From NCBI GenBank assembly GCA_951406725.2, contig OX597827.1, forward strand, positions 47,802,001 through 47,866,000: 64,000 nucleotides of DNA, given 5' to 3'. This stretch comes from Octopus vulgaris. Taxonomy: Eukaryota. Each line of letters starts with the position of its first letter. The stretch's first letter is position 1. Position numbers and translations under genes: made by a program. Below the pieces are notes generated by a model. The model searched no databases, was not told where the DNA came from, and saw nothing but the letters and a program-made list of their open reading frames with translations. Below, piece after piece: positions 1-13,965 of this stretch.

Positions 1-300
1 ATTGCATTTCCGTACCTGTAGAGATCATCTTGAAACGGCAGAGGCTTCAGGTAACACTGTCAGGTCAGGGATTTATGGAAATAATCCACAAGGAATCCAT
101 ATGTCCAGTGACAAAAGCCCTCCGGGGAAGAAAATGTTAATAGATATCTCCCGACGCCCAAAGTTTCTTCGAGATCATTGTCGCACTTAACTGCCACCAA
201 TCTCCTAGATAACTCCACTCTGGAACTTCCACTGACCGCATTGCCTGAGTAGCAGAGGGATACCAGCGCTTGCCGATACACCAGGTGCTCAGTCTACGCT
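1..300 (-). pseudogene. Probable L1/Tx1-type LINE ORF2 remnant (zf-RVT-like region)
   Basis: Minus strand reads ..KCDNDLEETLGV..VDYFHKSLT*QCYLKPLPFQDDLYRYGN, resembling the W....LP..D.L.R.G pattern downstream of RT in L1/Tx1 ORF2. It has an in-frame stop and runs off the window edge. Confidence 0.4.
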
Positions 301-1879
301 TGATTCAGCACTAAATGCTTTGCCTGAGTCTCATGGGAGACTGAGCCGCTTGCGCAGTAGCATTATGCATGACCAAAATACCTACCTGCTAGTAAATGAC
401 GAAAATAATTACCCCTCAAAGCTTACGATCAATTAATTACATGTCACACAACCGAGTATAACATACTCACATTCATCTTTCAGATGTATAACAAAATAGG
501 CCGTTTTTGACGGATAACAAGATATTCTCCAGTGAACAAAGAGTTGTCAACGTGTTCACATAGTTTTAACCAATTGGATGGTCCTTCACGACTGCCATAA
601 ACGACGCAAATATCTTTTATTTGCCTGTATTAATTGCAAAAATGTGTTTCAAATGAGACTTGTGAACTTCCTGCAGATATCGTTGGAATTAGAGGAATGT
701 TACCAGTATCATTATTCCGAACAAAATCGAATTTTAATGTAATGAAATGATGTTAAACAACAATGCAATAAAGTTTGTTTTCTAAAATCTTCGAATGTTC
801 TCTTCGTATTATTTTCCATTCACCACTGATTCGTGAGAAAGAACCATGCATCACTTTTCCACGACGTGCAATAGCACATTTTCAGTATGAGATGTGCTAA
901 TTGGCCGAAATCTTTCCTCACTATTCACCTCACTTTTATTGTTTACAGTCAGTTTTGGATGGATATAAAATCTTAATTCGTATGGATTCTGCTAAATACT
1001 GTAAAAAAAATACTTTGGCCTGTCTTCTACCATACACATTTCATTCTACATCTATACTGAAAATTAAAAGACGATTGTTATGAAGAGCAGTAATCTCAGA
1101 GTTAATTATATCAGGATTGTAGCCGATTTAAGTTCCCCTTATCCAAACTGAACGCACCCCACCAAATAAAAAAAAACGACAACTACACGATACATGGTAT
1201 AGAACACCTGAAATTAAAAAAAGTTTTCCAACTATCGCCTTATATTTTCTTCGGTGCTCAACCGATTCTGAGGGCTAGACAGGAATTTATTATGTAATAG
1301 TTGCTTTATAACTGAATCGAAATTGCATAGAAACCGAAAATAATTACTATGAAATTGGTTAAATTCTTCCAATAGATGTAAATAATAAAGATAAGCAAAA
1401 TTATGAAACGCCATAGTATTTCTTCTATATTAATCAAACCATTTTTATAGTTAACAACTATAAGCTGCTCATAAAATTTCAGTGGATTATTGGATAATGG
1501 AATAATATATAATTGATGCTTTTTTATATATATTTCCCATGAGTATCAAAATATTTATATTTGTAGAGAAATACGAAGAATAGTAATTTAAATAATTATG
1601 CAGCTGAATGGGTGTAATAAACTTCAAAATAAATAGTTATATAATACAATAGATGAATGCTATATTAGAATTAGATATCAAACGTATTCAATACATAAAA
1701 AGCAAAAATATCAACAGCGACTCAGAGAGACAGAGGAACAATTCAATTACACAATCACACACATTCACATATATATATGTATGTATACACACGCACGCAC
1801 TCTCACAACACACACACATATACATATGTACATATATATACGTATAAGTATATATAAATATATATATATATGTATATGC

Positions 1880-1910
<31 letters not shown>

Positions 1911-2155
1911 CATACATACATACATATATATATTTCTCTCTCTCATACACACAAAGAAACATAGACACAGACACACACACAATTATCTTATTAAGTCGGT
2001 GTCAACAAAGAAAGGGCACGCGAAAAAGTTACAGCTGTTTTAATAACTGTAATAGATTATTCAACGAAGTCTTTCAATACAAGTTTTTTTTATATATTTT
2101 GTTAGAAAATGAAGTGTATAAGAAAATAGGGAACACTCATCGTTTCAAATATCTG

Positions 2156-3340
2156 TTGGGTCATCCCATAAATAATGCGGTTTTTTCAATTGCATGAACT
2201 AAAAGCCGGAGATGGTTGAATAAACTCCCTTCATCAACTTACTATAAAAGCAGGTAGTAATTTAATCCTGTTCTTATTCTTAGTAGACGTTTCGAAGGGT
2301 GCAGTTCGATTTTAAGTTATTTTTTCAAAGGTATGATGGAAGTGGCAAAGGAGCACATTTGCCATATTTTACTTTATGGGTTCATTAAAGGAAACAGCCC
2401 AACGGAAAGTGCGAAGAATATTAATGCAGTATATGGACATCGGACAATAAGCCTAAGCCAGTGTCAACGGCTGTTCCAGAAATTCCGAGCCGGAGACTAT
2501 AGCCTAGAAGATGACCCTCGTCCGGGAAGATCTGTAGAGCTCGATGAGTTCGTCCTGCAAACTCTGGTGGAACAAAATCCCATCGTAACTGTTGAGGAAC
2601 TAGCAGAAACGTTTGGATTTGGTAATTCAACCATTTATCGACACCTGAGTTCCATCAGAAAAGTCAGGAAAATGGGTTAGTTGGTTCATCACAAACTTTC
2701 CGAGTTTAATCATGCGCAGAGTGTCAATGTGTGCTCTTCTTTGCTGTCATATCTCACGAATGAACCATTTTTGGACCTAATAGTGACTGGTAACGAGAAA
2801 TGGTTTCTCTATAAAAATGTCAAGCGCCGAAGATATTCAGTAAGGAAAGGAGAAACACCAACACTCCAGGCAAAAGAAGGACTTCCCCCATGTAAGGTGT
2901 TGTTATCTTTTAGGTGAGATATGAAATGTTTAGTCCACTTTGAACTTTTAAACCCAAAACTAACGATAACAAAGGTGATCTACTGCGAGCAGCTTGAACG
3001 GCTTATGTCAACGCTAGAAGAAAAACGACCATCTTTGTGTTGAAGACGAAAGAGGTTCCATCAGGTTAATGCGCGGCCACACTACAGAGAGGATGATATT
3101 CCAAAGGGTGGAGTAGTTTGAATGGTGCCCGACCTACCATATTCGCCGGACGTTGCCCCACCTGATAAACATTTATTCCGCAGTCTTCAAAATCATTGGA
3201 CTGAAATAAAAGGAATTCTGTAGATGAAGTCAGATCATTAGTGGAAGAGTATTTTCCATCATGGGCAAATGAAATTTTGAAGTGGGGTCTTGCAAGTCTA
3301 ACAGGCAGATGGGAAATCAATGTAGAAAATGAGAGTTGAT
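2156..3340 (+). mobile_element. Decayed mariner transposon with 5' TIR; 3' end missing
   Basis: TIR-like ttgggtcatcccataaataatgcggtttttt at 2156. ORFs 2333-2680 and 2681-2917 give HTH domains, LEDDPRPGRS, *LVHHKL (WVPHEL equivalent) and IVTGNEKW; PYSPDVAPPD lies near 3140. Multiple stops. Confidence 0.92.
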
Positions 3341-3342
3341 AA

Positions 3343-3428
3343 AGTAAGTACCAGTTGCGTTCTGAAGTCGATCTAATCGACTGTCCCCCTCCTCCCAAAT
3401 TCCGGGCCTTGTGTCTAGAGTAGAAAAA
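3343..3428 (+). mobile_element. SINE family B 3' fragment
   Basis: taagtaccagttgcg..gtcgatctaatcgact..ggccttgtg matches the family B core/tail seen at 60466-60697 and 28068-28232. Confidence 0.55.
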
Positions 3429-3655
3429 TACTTAATCACACACTACACTGTACATACTTATTGTATGGTTAAGATGTGGTAGTCAAGTGGTTCCACGTTC
3501 GATTCTACTGCTTGCTTTTTACCATAACTTCTGGTTAACTATGCATGGGTCGAATTCTAGATGAAAAATGGTGTGTAGAGGTCTGCCTACACACACATAC
3601 ACGCGCGCGTACATGCACAGACACATAATATTCATATATATACGTGTTAGATATT

Positions 3656-3722
<67 letters not shown>

Positions 3723-4904
3723 TAAACATATGTGTGTGTGTTTGTGTGTGTTTATGTGTGTATAGGTATGTGTGCACTGAGTTACAGAGTCTCACAACTA
3801 CCGACATTGTGATGCAAGTTAAATTCCTCTTTGAAATTGTTGTGGTTTTCCATTGCTAGCTTTCCATATTTCTTCTTAGTATTTCAGTGAAACAATTAAA
3901 TCCCTCTGCAAATATATTACTTTAGCTGATTTTTTACCATTCATCTGTAAACTATGTTCGATTGGCTAAATTTACTTGAAGTATAAACCTGCGTGAAATT
4001 TTGAACCAACTAAACAATTTTCAATGACTGTAACAAGGGGAACATCACAGATCTGCAAATTTTCAAATAAATATCTCCCTTAAACGGAAATTGCGTTATA
4101 TACGGAGGTTCTTCTCTAAAATGTGTCAGACAGGGCTGGGATTATATTTGGCAGGAGCTAGTTTACCAGCCTGTGGCTATTACTATGCATGCTCAATCCA
4201 ATTATCAGCTTCTGTCATTGTTTTGCTCTCAGTTTTTTTTCTCTGAATTTGTCTGGATTCTCTTACTAACTCTGAATTGTTCTCCGGTTTCGTTGGCCAA
4301 AGTAGATCACATTATCACCTGCACACATGTTCTATTTCTTATTTACTTAGTCTCTCTCCATGGCAATACAAACAGTCCACAGAAATATTCCCATTTTGGT
4401 ATTCTAGTAATATATTCATATTTCTTAACTCAATCTAACTGTTGTTCTTTAAGCATCAGTTTATTAGAAGAAAATTTCCCTATTTATTTCGTAGAACTGA
4501 CGTGTCCAGCATAAACTTTATTTGACAACTTGTGAATTTTACAATATGGATATCCTACGATCAATTCTTCAGGACACATTTCTCATGTTTTATGTTTAAA
4601 TTTATTTCCTCTGAATTGCCATGCAGCCACTTGCGATATAATATTTTATTCCACAACAACTGATTTCTACAGCATTTACAGTTAAAGTTACATTTCCGGG
4701 TGTTGGTGGTGAAGAAAATGCTATCCAGAAATATATTATTACCTGTTTCAGCACCCGATTTCGCACCAAGAATCTTACAAAACAAATATATAAACTTATT
4801 CCAGTTACAACTTCATAAAATAAATATTGATTTCATTTTCATATATGAATTATTTCCTAAACTTGTCTTAAACTGATATCAGCAAACATTTTTGTGTCTC
4901 TTAC

Positions 4905-5324
4905 GCTCTTTACTATTTTTCTCTTTTATTTGTTTCAGCCATTTGACTGTGGCCATGCTGGAGCACCACCTTTAGTCGAGCAAATCGACCCCAGGACTTA
5001 TTCTTTGTAAGCCTAGTACTTATTCTATCGGTCTCTTTTGCCGAACCACTAGGTTACGGGGACGTAAACACATCAGCATCAGTTATCAAGCGATGTTGGA
5101 GGGACAAACACAGACACACAAATATATGCATACACACATACATATATATATATACATATATACGACGGGCTTCTTTCAGTTCCCGTCCTGCAAATCCACT
5201 CAGAAGGCTTTGGTCGGCCCGAGGCAATAGTAGAAGACACTTGCCCAAGATGCCACGCAGTGGGACTGAACCCGGAACCATGTGGTTCGTAAGCAAGCTA
5301 CTTACCACACAGCCACTCCTACGC
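4905..5324 (-). mobile_element. tRNA-derived SINE family A, full length
   Basis: Head ggagtggctgtgtggtaag..ggttccgggttcagtccc (A/B-box-like), internal (TA)/(TG) tract and tail ..ctgaaacaaataaaagag. Near-identical to six other copies in the window. Confidence 0.9.
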
Positions 5325-6050
5325 TACACAAGAATACATTAATGTGTATGAGTTTTGTGTTTTCTCTTGTTCAATTAATTGATAAATGCACATATCTCCC
5401 CGTAAAAGAACGCCAATATATTTTACCACAAGGTTTACCAACTTTCAGCCAGTTGTCACCTTTTTTGCACACGACAATGCAAATACCGATGACCATTCCC
5501 TCATCCACTGCATCACAGTGAATTTGTCTCCGCCAGTTTCCACGGCATTAGATTAACTCACAAATAGTGTTTATTGTTGTTGTTCCCCCACAGTCCAAAT
5601 CACTAATGTGAACATTTATATCACTATTCTTATTGTGCATATTCCAATTCAGTTACGACATTTTGTATTTCTGAAAGCATATTGCGCTTCATACGAAGAT
5701 AACTATGTAATCTTCATCTTTTTATAGTATACTGACTAATATTTAACACAAACGTTTGGCACTCCAACAGCGGGTTATTCCATTTTTCTTTTTAAACAAT
5801 GAGTAGTTAAGACATAATTTCATAATTTGATTTAAAGTATATTAAGGAAAAGCAATGCTGATTTTATTATTCTAGCAGCTTGTGCAATCTACAGGATGTT
5901 TCAGTGAATCTTCTTAACTATTGTATCATATATGCCTTTCAATTTCATTTCTAGTCTGAGAAAGAGAAACTGTCAGAGATGTGTAGACAAAACGTTAACA
6001 GACAATTATACTGGTATTGATGTGGCAACATTTGAAATATTGTCTAGGTA

Positions 6051-6123
6051 AATGCAGCTGATGAAGACTAATCAAATTTACGTTGTCAAACGTATTTGAA
6101 GAGTCAGAAACCGGTGTTGCATT
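6051..6123 (+). ncRNA. Type I hammerhead ribozyme motif (minimal PLE type); cleavage triplet GUG, probably inactive
   Basis: AATGCAG-CTGATGA-a-GACT[tcaaat/atttga and tacgtt/aacgta inner stems]AGTC-a-GAAA-CCGG-TG-TTGCATT. Stems I and II pair and stem III is a short palindrome. Confidence 0.75.
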
Positions 6124-6305
6124 ATCCGATTCTAGGTTGTCCATTTATCAGATGTTCTTCCTAGAGGTAAGACAAATTTTTTTCATGTTTGTTCCACACA
6201 TGCGTCTTTGCTAGTATATACGCAGTGAAGCTATACAATAGCGTCGTATTTATTACGATTGCTATTTTCCAGTAAATATTGGTGCCTTGTTGTACCATTT
6301 ATCTA

Positions 6306-6340
<35 letters not shown>

Positions 6341-6396
6341 GTAAATATATATAAACATACATGCATTTATATATTCATATATATACATGCATGAAT

Positions 6397-6506
<110 letters not shown>

Positions 6507-7477
6507 GCGTGTATATGTTGATGTCGGTTATGCATTTATATATGGATGCATAAACACACAGACACATTCACACACACATATGTATGTAATGGAAGAAACA
6601 TTAAATAAACCAATAGGATAGAATGAATGGCCACAGAAGAACACCAACATTGTTATTATTGTGGAAATAGACAAAAGTCCGTTCAAACGTCAGTTAGAAG
6701 CAAATAACTCTATAGAATATTTAAAGCAACGCAAAACCACCAGCATTATATATAAAACTAATGAAAATTGTAAGGACACATTAATGCTACTGTATGAGTG
6801 CAATACGAATGATAATAAAATATATAGAATCAAGAATAGGGACTACACTTTGCAGTATAAAAATCACGAGAACAAAAATTAAAATACACAACTTTATATT
6901 AACATTAAGTGTTCTACGAATCACTATAAAATGGCTTTCAATGAAGTATGATATATAGTACCATTGACCTCTTACATTGGCAGACTACCAAGAATGTTTT
7001 AGGATAGGCTTTTTAACGACTGAATCGACCAGGTACAATATTATTGATTATTTTATCGATTACTAGAGAATAAATGATAAATAGCAAAGAAGACCCTAAA
7101 ATATTTTAAATCACTGACGTAAAAAAAAGCAACTTACTGTATGAATACGTTTAGTCTAAATACCTTCTGTTAGTCTACCTCATCGAAATAAATGGTAATA
7201 GTAACTTATTGCTATTTTTCCATTTGCATCTCCAGGAATAATCTTACTAGATTTTTTATCATTAAGTATGTAAAGGTAATTTGTCCATAATTCTAGTTTA
7301 CTGAATCAAGGAGGCTAGTGACCATTTTAAAAAGGATATGGGAGGATTTTTAGATGCTGAGACGAAAAAAATCCCGAGAAAAATAAGTGGCAGAAACTTA
7401 GTGGTACAAAGGCTCTAAAAAGAAGGGTAACAGATTCTTTCTCCTACGCAACCACACTTTGAGTTAATATTGGTTCC

Positions 7478-7668
7478 ACATTTTGACACAAGGCCAGCAA
7501 TTTTGGAGAGGGTCCATATCGATTACATCGGCACCGGTATTCAACGAATCCGAAAGGATGAACCGAAAAGTTTCCCTCGGTGGTATTTGAACTCAGAATG
7601 TAACGACCGACGAAATGCTGCTAAGCATTTTGCCCGACGTACCGACGCTTCTGAGGCTTCGGTCCCTT
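7478..7668 (-). mobile_element. Degenerate SINE family B copy
   Basis: gattacatcg..ccgaaaggatgaa..atttgaactcagaatgtaac..cattttgcccgacg matches the family B copy at 20900-21129. Confidence 0.65.
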
Positions 7669-7784
7669 AAATTTCATTAATACTTATACATTGTTTCTGT
7701 AACCATTCATTTAAATTTCCACAGCTACAAGAAAATATTCAATCATTTACCAATCAGGTCTATAAACAGTTTGATCTCTATAAA

Positions 7785-8212
7785 CATGGTGATCTCATAT
7801 CAAGATAAACAGCACATGACCTTGCAGGTGGGGGCCCAGTTACAATTTTTTTTCTGGATGAGTAGCCCATCCCGCTCAAAAGATCCTTGAATAAGGATTG
7901 TTTAAGGATGTTGAACGAACCACTTATGTTTCCAAAGGTGAATTATCCAAACCTCTAAGAGTTCCTTTCAACACCCGGCTATGATGCTCCCCCACTAATT
8001 CTGCTTGTGATCAGAGATGTACATATCATCTGTCACTAAGGGAATGTTCAACTGGTTAAGGTCAAACAACTGACAAACAAAACTGTGGTATTGAGCAGAA
8101 TATTTGCTGTAGCCCATCCTTTACACCAAGACAAAACATTGTACATGATAACACTTCCAATCAGTTAATATCAGAAGCCATGAGAGCCACTGTCTGGTAC
8201 TGCGTCAGGGAT
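7785..8212 (-). mobile_element. Non-autonomous retroposon next to (TAA)n, truncated copy
   Basis: Direct repeat of ~8507-8930, abutting the (TAA)n tract at 8216-8380. Confidence 0.8.
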
Positions 8213-8215
8213 TGT

Positions 8216-8218
8216 TTA

Positions 8219-8266
<48 letters not shown>

Positions 8267-8334
8267 TTATTATTGTCATTATTATTATAATTGTTATTAT
8301 TATTATTATGATTATTATTATTATTATTATTATA

Positions 8335-8380
<46 letters not shown>
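8216..8380. repeat. (TAA)n/(ATT)n microsatellite
   Basis: Imperfect trinucleotide tract between two retroposon copies. Confidence 0.97.
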
Positions 8381-8381
<1 letters not shown>

Positions 8382-8930
8382 GTGAGAGAGCAGTGCATGC
8401 CATCAAAGTGACACTGGGGTAAAATATACGAAGCCCAGTACACCCATCATGAATACCTGTCTGATAAGGGTACACTAGGCACATGCACCACAACCATATG
8501 TGCGCGACATGGTGACCTCATATAAGATGAACAGCACATGATCGTGCAGGTGGGGCCCAGTTAGAATTTTCTTCTGGTCAAGTAACCCATCTTGCTCAAA
8601 AGGTCCCTGAATAAGGGTTGTTTAAGGATGTTGAACGAAACACACATGTTTCCAAAAGTGAATTATTCAAACTCCAAAGAATCCCTCTCAACACATGGCT
8701 ATGATGTTCCCCCACTACTTCTACTCGTGATCAGAGATGTACATATCGTCAGCCACTATGGGACATGGTCAACTGGTCATGGTCAAACAACTGACAAGCA
8801 AATCTATGGTATTGAGCAGAATATTTGCTGTAGTCCATCTTTTATACCAAGACAAAACAATGCACATGATGACGCTTCCAAACAGATAAGATCAGAAGCC
8901 ACGAAAGCCACAGCCTGGTACTGCATCAGG
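8382..8930 (-). mobile_element. Non-autonomous retroposon flanked by (TAA)n on both sides
   Basis: ~550-bp unit bounded by (ATT)n at 8216-8380 and 8931-8960; second copy at 7785-8212; no ORF. Strand is inferred from the (AAT)n tail. Confidence 0.75.
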
Positions 8931-8961
8931 ATTATTATTATTATTATTATTATTATTAATA

Positions 8962-9485
8962 TTTAGTTAGCCTGTTTGTCACAATCACTTGCTGAGACAA
9001 ATCAGGTGTCAAAGGGCGAGTGAAGGATAACAAATGTTACAGTATGACTGAAAGCTGGGTGGGGGGATGTAGCAGCAGCGAAATATATGTTTCTTTATTG
9101 CCCACAAGGGGCTAGCAGCAGCGAAATATCTTCATGTAATACAACACAGACATTTAAACGGATACGGCTTTTCTAAGCATGTGAGCAGAACTTGTTAGCT
9201 CAATTTTTTTGATTTATCTGATACATGGTTCTCCTGGGATATCATCTAGATATTTCTGACATCCCTTTTTTTATCACATCCAATGCACAACAAGTACAAT
9301 TCTCGCTTTAAGATGCCACATGTTTTGTATTACATTTTCCAGGTCCTTATATTTACTTAATTAGTCAAATTCCTTTACAGATATATTTTTATCAGTCACA
9401 ACACTTACATTTATTAGTCTACAAGTAATTTCTTCAATGTCTTCAATGATTGTCTGGTCGATGACCCTGGATCGTTCTATTGGTG
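8962..9485 (-). mobile_element. R4/Dong-clade non-LTR retrotransposon 3' fragment (restriction-like endonuclease plus 3' UTR)
   Basis: Across frameshifts: TNRTIQGHRPD..EEITCRLINVSVVTDKNISVKEFD*LSKYKDLE..MWHLK..IKKGCQKYLDDIPGEPC..IELTSSAHMLRKA, the RLE PD-(D/E)xK C-terminus. Ends in (AAT)n. Confidence 0.85.
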
Positions 9486-9488
9486 TTG

Positions 9489-9526
<38 letters not shown>

Positions 9527-10552
9527 ATCATTATTAGTACCATTACCATTATACATCGATTGATACATTCTTCCAGATTCTTTCTTCGGAATGAATATGG
9601 TGCTTAAACTGCTGCAATCATTGACATTAAAATAATATTTGACCATTCAAAAGTGTAAAAATACTGCATTAATTACCTGGAATATAATGATAATGAGACA
9701 AAGATTATCGTGATATATTGAAGTAGGTTTGCTATAAAATTACCTGAGGGCAAATATCCTAATCTTTAGAAAACGTATTTTTCTTATGTACTAACAGACA
9801 AATAAAGTTCTGCTACATGAGGCTGCCTTTGTGAGGTTTATAGAACTAGTAATTATTTATACAATTGTATAGTTTTACGATCCATTTTATGTAAAAACAT
9901 ACGTGTAAATTAATTGTATTGCTTTTATATAAAGTTGTTTTTAATATAAAGTTGCTTTTTATATAAAATTGCGTTATATTTTGTAAGTATAATCATTCTG
10001 CACACTTGTTCTCATCTGCTGTTTCCTTTTCTGTCTGCATCTCACCCCCTGTGTTTCTCTACTGTTCACTCTATTTCTCTCTTTATTTTTGTGTCTATAG
10101 GTGTGTATGTGTGCGTGTATGTGATTGTGCATACGTGTGTATATGTGTATGTATGTGTGTATACCATCATGAATGTTGATTAACAGTATTGCACAAAGTG
10201 AGTGTAATATCCCATATTTCAGTATGGGATATTACAATATTACATTCTGAATTCAAATCGAACCACAGTTTACTTTATATTTCATCCCTCAGGGGTCGAT
10301 AGCGTAAATAATCCATGACTACTGTAGTCACTTAATTGTCTTTTCTGAAAATTGCTAACCATTTTTGTTCCGAATTAGTTTTGAAAGCAGTGCAGTCGAA
10401 ATTTACTGTAAACATTCACAGATATATTTTTTCTGTGACTATTACTGGACTTCGGTTTCTAATTGCAGGCAATGTTAGAGTGTATAACAGCAGTAAACGT
10501 CATCTTCTCCCTTACTTTTACATACAGTTGTACACCTTTCAAGATGTATAAT

Positions 10553-10945
10553 ATTAGGTCGTCAAGTATGAAATTTGTAGAAAAGAAAAAAAAATGTTTG
10601 CTAATGTTTTATAAATACAAAGAATAGTTTTATTCATCGAAATATGCACCCATATTGTCAATACCCATTTCAGTGGTAGCTCGTCCAGCCCGGAACCATA
10701 AAAGCCTGGCAATCAAGAGTCAATAAAACCTTGGAAAGCCTGTTTTACAGCATTGTGGGAATTAATTTTTTTTCAGTCAAAACGTTTTCCAGGTGAGTAT
10801 GGTGGATGATGGAGAACTTCCAACTCCAACTCCTGTAGTTTTGCCAATGTCATTTTTGCTATGTGTGGTATGGCATTGCCTTGCAATAAAATAGGAGTGG
10901 ATCTGTTAACTAATCTAGGCTGTTTTTGTAAGTTTCTGCATTATT
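10553..10945 (-). mobile_element. Mariner 3' fragment with TIR-like end
   Basis: Minus strand QPRLVNRSTPILLQGNAIPHIAKMTLAKLQELELEVLHHPPYSP; TIR-like ttaggtcgtcaag near 10553. Confidence 0.8.
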
Positions 10946-11489
10946 TACTACTCCTCCTCCCTCTCGTCACTGACACGTGACCGGAGGGAAGCCATCTTTC
11001 CGACTGCTATCATCAACGAGTCATGACGGCTTATCCTGTCCTTCTCATAAGTGTCTCCTCAATGCGTTCATAATAATTTTTCCATCGTCTTCGCTTAACA
11101 GCCCTCATCGTTTGTATTTACTGTGTTATTCTCCTTGTCCTGTCCTTTACTGTTTTTATTTGTATTGTTTTTACTGTCTTGGCCTGTTCTTGTCGCGGAT
11201 TAGACGACACAGGGACAACTGAAGAAAGAGGAATATTCCTTGTGTTGTATGCCATGTACTCTATTTTTTCGTTGTTTTAAAAAAAGTTCCTTTCCATGTT
11301 TTTGATTTTATGTTTGCGTTTGTCATTGTGTTGAACGGTTTTTTGATGTCCTGTACCCATATATGCTTTTATATATACATATATATGTAGATATGTACAT
11401 ATATGTATGTATATATGCATATGCTTATTTATTATTTATGTTATTATATGATCGAACGCCACGCATCCATTTCCAAGTATCTATATATA

Positions 11490-11539
<50 letters not shown>

Positions 11540-11542
11540 AAT

Positions 11543-11700
11543 ATACGATGGGCTTCTTTCAGCTTCCGTCCACGAAATCCACTCACAAGGCTTTGGTTGG
11601 CCCTGGGCTATATTTGAACACTTGCCCAAGGTGCCGCGCAGTGGGACTGAATCTGGAACCATGTGGTTGGGAAGCAAGCTTCTTACCACTCCTGAGCCTT
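11543..11700 (-). mobile_element. SINE family A, 5' half
   Basis: Matches head and body of 4905-5324 and ends at the internal (TA)n. Confidence 0.85.
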
Positions 11701-12940
11701 GCGTATATATAACTGAAAACATTCTTGCTGATATTTCTTCTTTGTCATGCAATAATAATAATAATAACACTTCACTCGATTATTCCTCTTCCATATACTC
11801 TAGTGTCTTAACTTTTCAATACACATTATACAATATTCAGGAGGAACAAGCATTTTATCCTAATCTTGCAATTTAATTCCGAAACAGACGTGGTTAACAT
11901 GGTTTTACAAATTGAGTAATTTTAGACTGCTAATTAGGTATTGTTATTTTGCTACAAATGAATTAAAAATCTCTTTCTATCGTTTTTGAGTTTTCTATTC
12001 GTGGCTAAAATATCTGAAATGGAATTAGAAAATATATGAAATATAAATATATATAGAAATATAGATGCACAGCTGTGCACCTCTGTGCGCAGTTTGAAAA
12101 CTATTGATACAATACGAGAATATGAGATATTCCATTGGGGAGACTCTGTGTGATTAACATTTTAAAATTAATTAATTTTATTAATTTAATTAAATATTTG
12201 ACAAACCAATTTGTGCAAATTCTTCGTAAAATTACTTGGTTGTACATTTAAAAATGGTCTTTCAAAAATAACTAGAAGTTATGCATTATACATGAAAAGT
12301 CGAATTAACTAGAAAGGTTGAGCTGATCACAGTAATCGAATTGCATGTGTGAATTCTGCGCGTTGGAACTATATGGAATGAGACCCAAAAGCTTGACAAA
12401 GAAATAAATAAATAAAACTTGGCGATAATAGAAAATTCGACATTAAATATCTTGGCTTTGCATTCTGGGGTGATTGAATAAAACGAATATGAACGAGCTT
12501 CCATTCAACCACAGTTGAAAATAGATAACCTACACTTTTCAAAAGGCAACATTGACATTTGAATATTCCAGTTTCTCATTAAATTTCCAAAAGTTCAAAT
12601 AAAAGATATACACAGGCGGAAAAACTAAGTATGATTAATAAAATATGAATTTTTTTTTTTCACAATGTTCATCTTGTTAAATATTTCGCTAAAGGAGAAA
12701 TATATGAATGCAAATATGTATTATGTCGTTGCATTAATAAGGAAAGAAAACAATTTCTGTCGTAGTAGACCCGGGATATTTTCTGTTTGAAAACATCTAT
12801 GTTGTCATAGAGATCAGGTGGACGCGAAATAATTAGCTTTCGACTTTTCGGCTATAGTTAGATGCAGACAAAAGGAAACAAAAGCGAAGTAGAACACGAA
12901 AATATTACTGTAATATATGCATCACAAAATATATAAGACA

Positions 12941-12989
<49 letters not shown>

Positions 12990-13331
12990 CATATACATAT
13001 ATAAACACATTTATACAAACAGGCTGTTTCCACATAACCTTCTGCATACATTTCGGAATAAAACCACTCCAACTACACTGGTGATCGAAATACACAGACA
13101 CACACAGACACACACACATGTGACTATATATATATACATGCATACGCAAATATCCTATATTTGCTGTGTGTGTATGATTGTCTGTCTGAGTACATTTGTG
13201 TACGGGCGTATGTTTATATATGTATATGTGTATGTGTGTATATATATATATATACTTTCTTAGTGGTAAGACCATAGTGGGTCTACTTCTAGTATAATTG
13301 ATGCCCATTTAGTGGTCACCCATCTTAAAGG

Positions 13332-13379
<48 letters not shown>

Positions 13380-13716
13380 CTAGCTGGTGTATCCGGTAAT
13401 TCCCGGGGTAAAATGTTCTATTGAAACGCGTCATCAGTCAGATATAAGGAAGCAATTTCGTTATAACTGCCACAAAAGGTGTATTTTCCGTCACAAAAAC
13501 GTACAGAATCTGTCAGCTGGTGAAGGGAGAATTTTGGTGGAGGTTATGTGATGAAAATGTATTTTTACCAAATAGAGTGCACTTCATATTCAAAGCTATG
13601 ATGAAACTATAGGATGTTATCCTCGTACTCAAGTAATACCACTCCTAATAGCAGAAACAGTTGTAAGCTAATGAAATCCATTACATAACATTCGGTTTTC
13701 CAATGTCATGTGTTTG

Positions 13717-13725
<9 letters not shown>
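13380..13725 (-). mobile_element. Non-autonomous Helitron-like element (second family)
   Basis: Minus strand ends ccccgggaattaccggatacaccag-CTAG-t, i.e. a GC-rich hairpin then CTAG. The 5' boundary is uncertain and merges into (TA)n. Confidence 0.5.
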
Positions 13726-13761
<36 letters not shown>

Positions 13762-13926
13762 TGTGTGTGTGTGTATGTATATATACAGACATAATAGTTT
13801 ATGCATGCATATTTTAAAATTCCCAATAGAAGGATATATGTAAGTAAACGCAATGTACGATCCAACTAACTAACCACCCATCTTTATATGCTTGTATCTA
13901 TGAATGTTTCTCTCTCTCTCTCTCTG

Positions 13927-13965
<39 letters not shown>

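Noticed and set aside
3900-4800. Ancient DNA transposon remnant (similar hints at 14550-14800 piggyBac-like, 34500-34920 pogo-like and 38300-38600)
   Set aside because: Only vague peptide resemblance through many stops, and no termini found.
11190-11260. Hammerhead (CTGAAGA followed by an aggaat/attcct hairpin)
   Set aside because: No GAAA or cleavage triplet after the hairpin.
13250-13335. Short MITE with TIRs
   Set aside because: The inverted match is too degenerate to support by eye.
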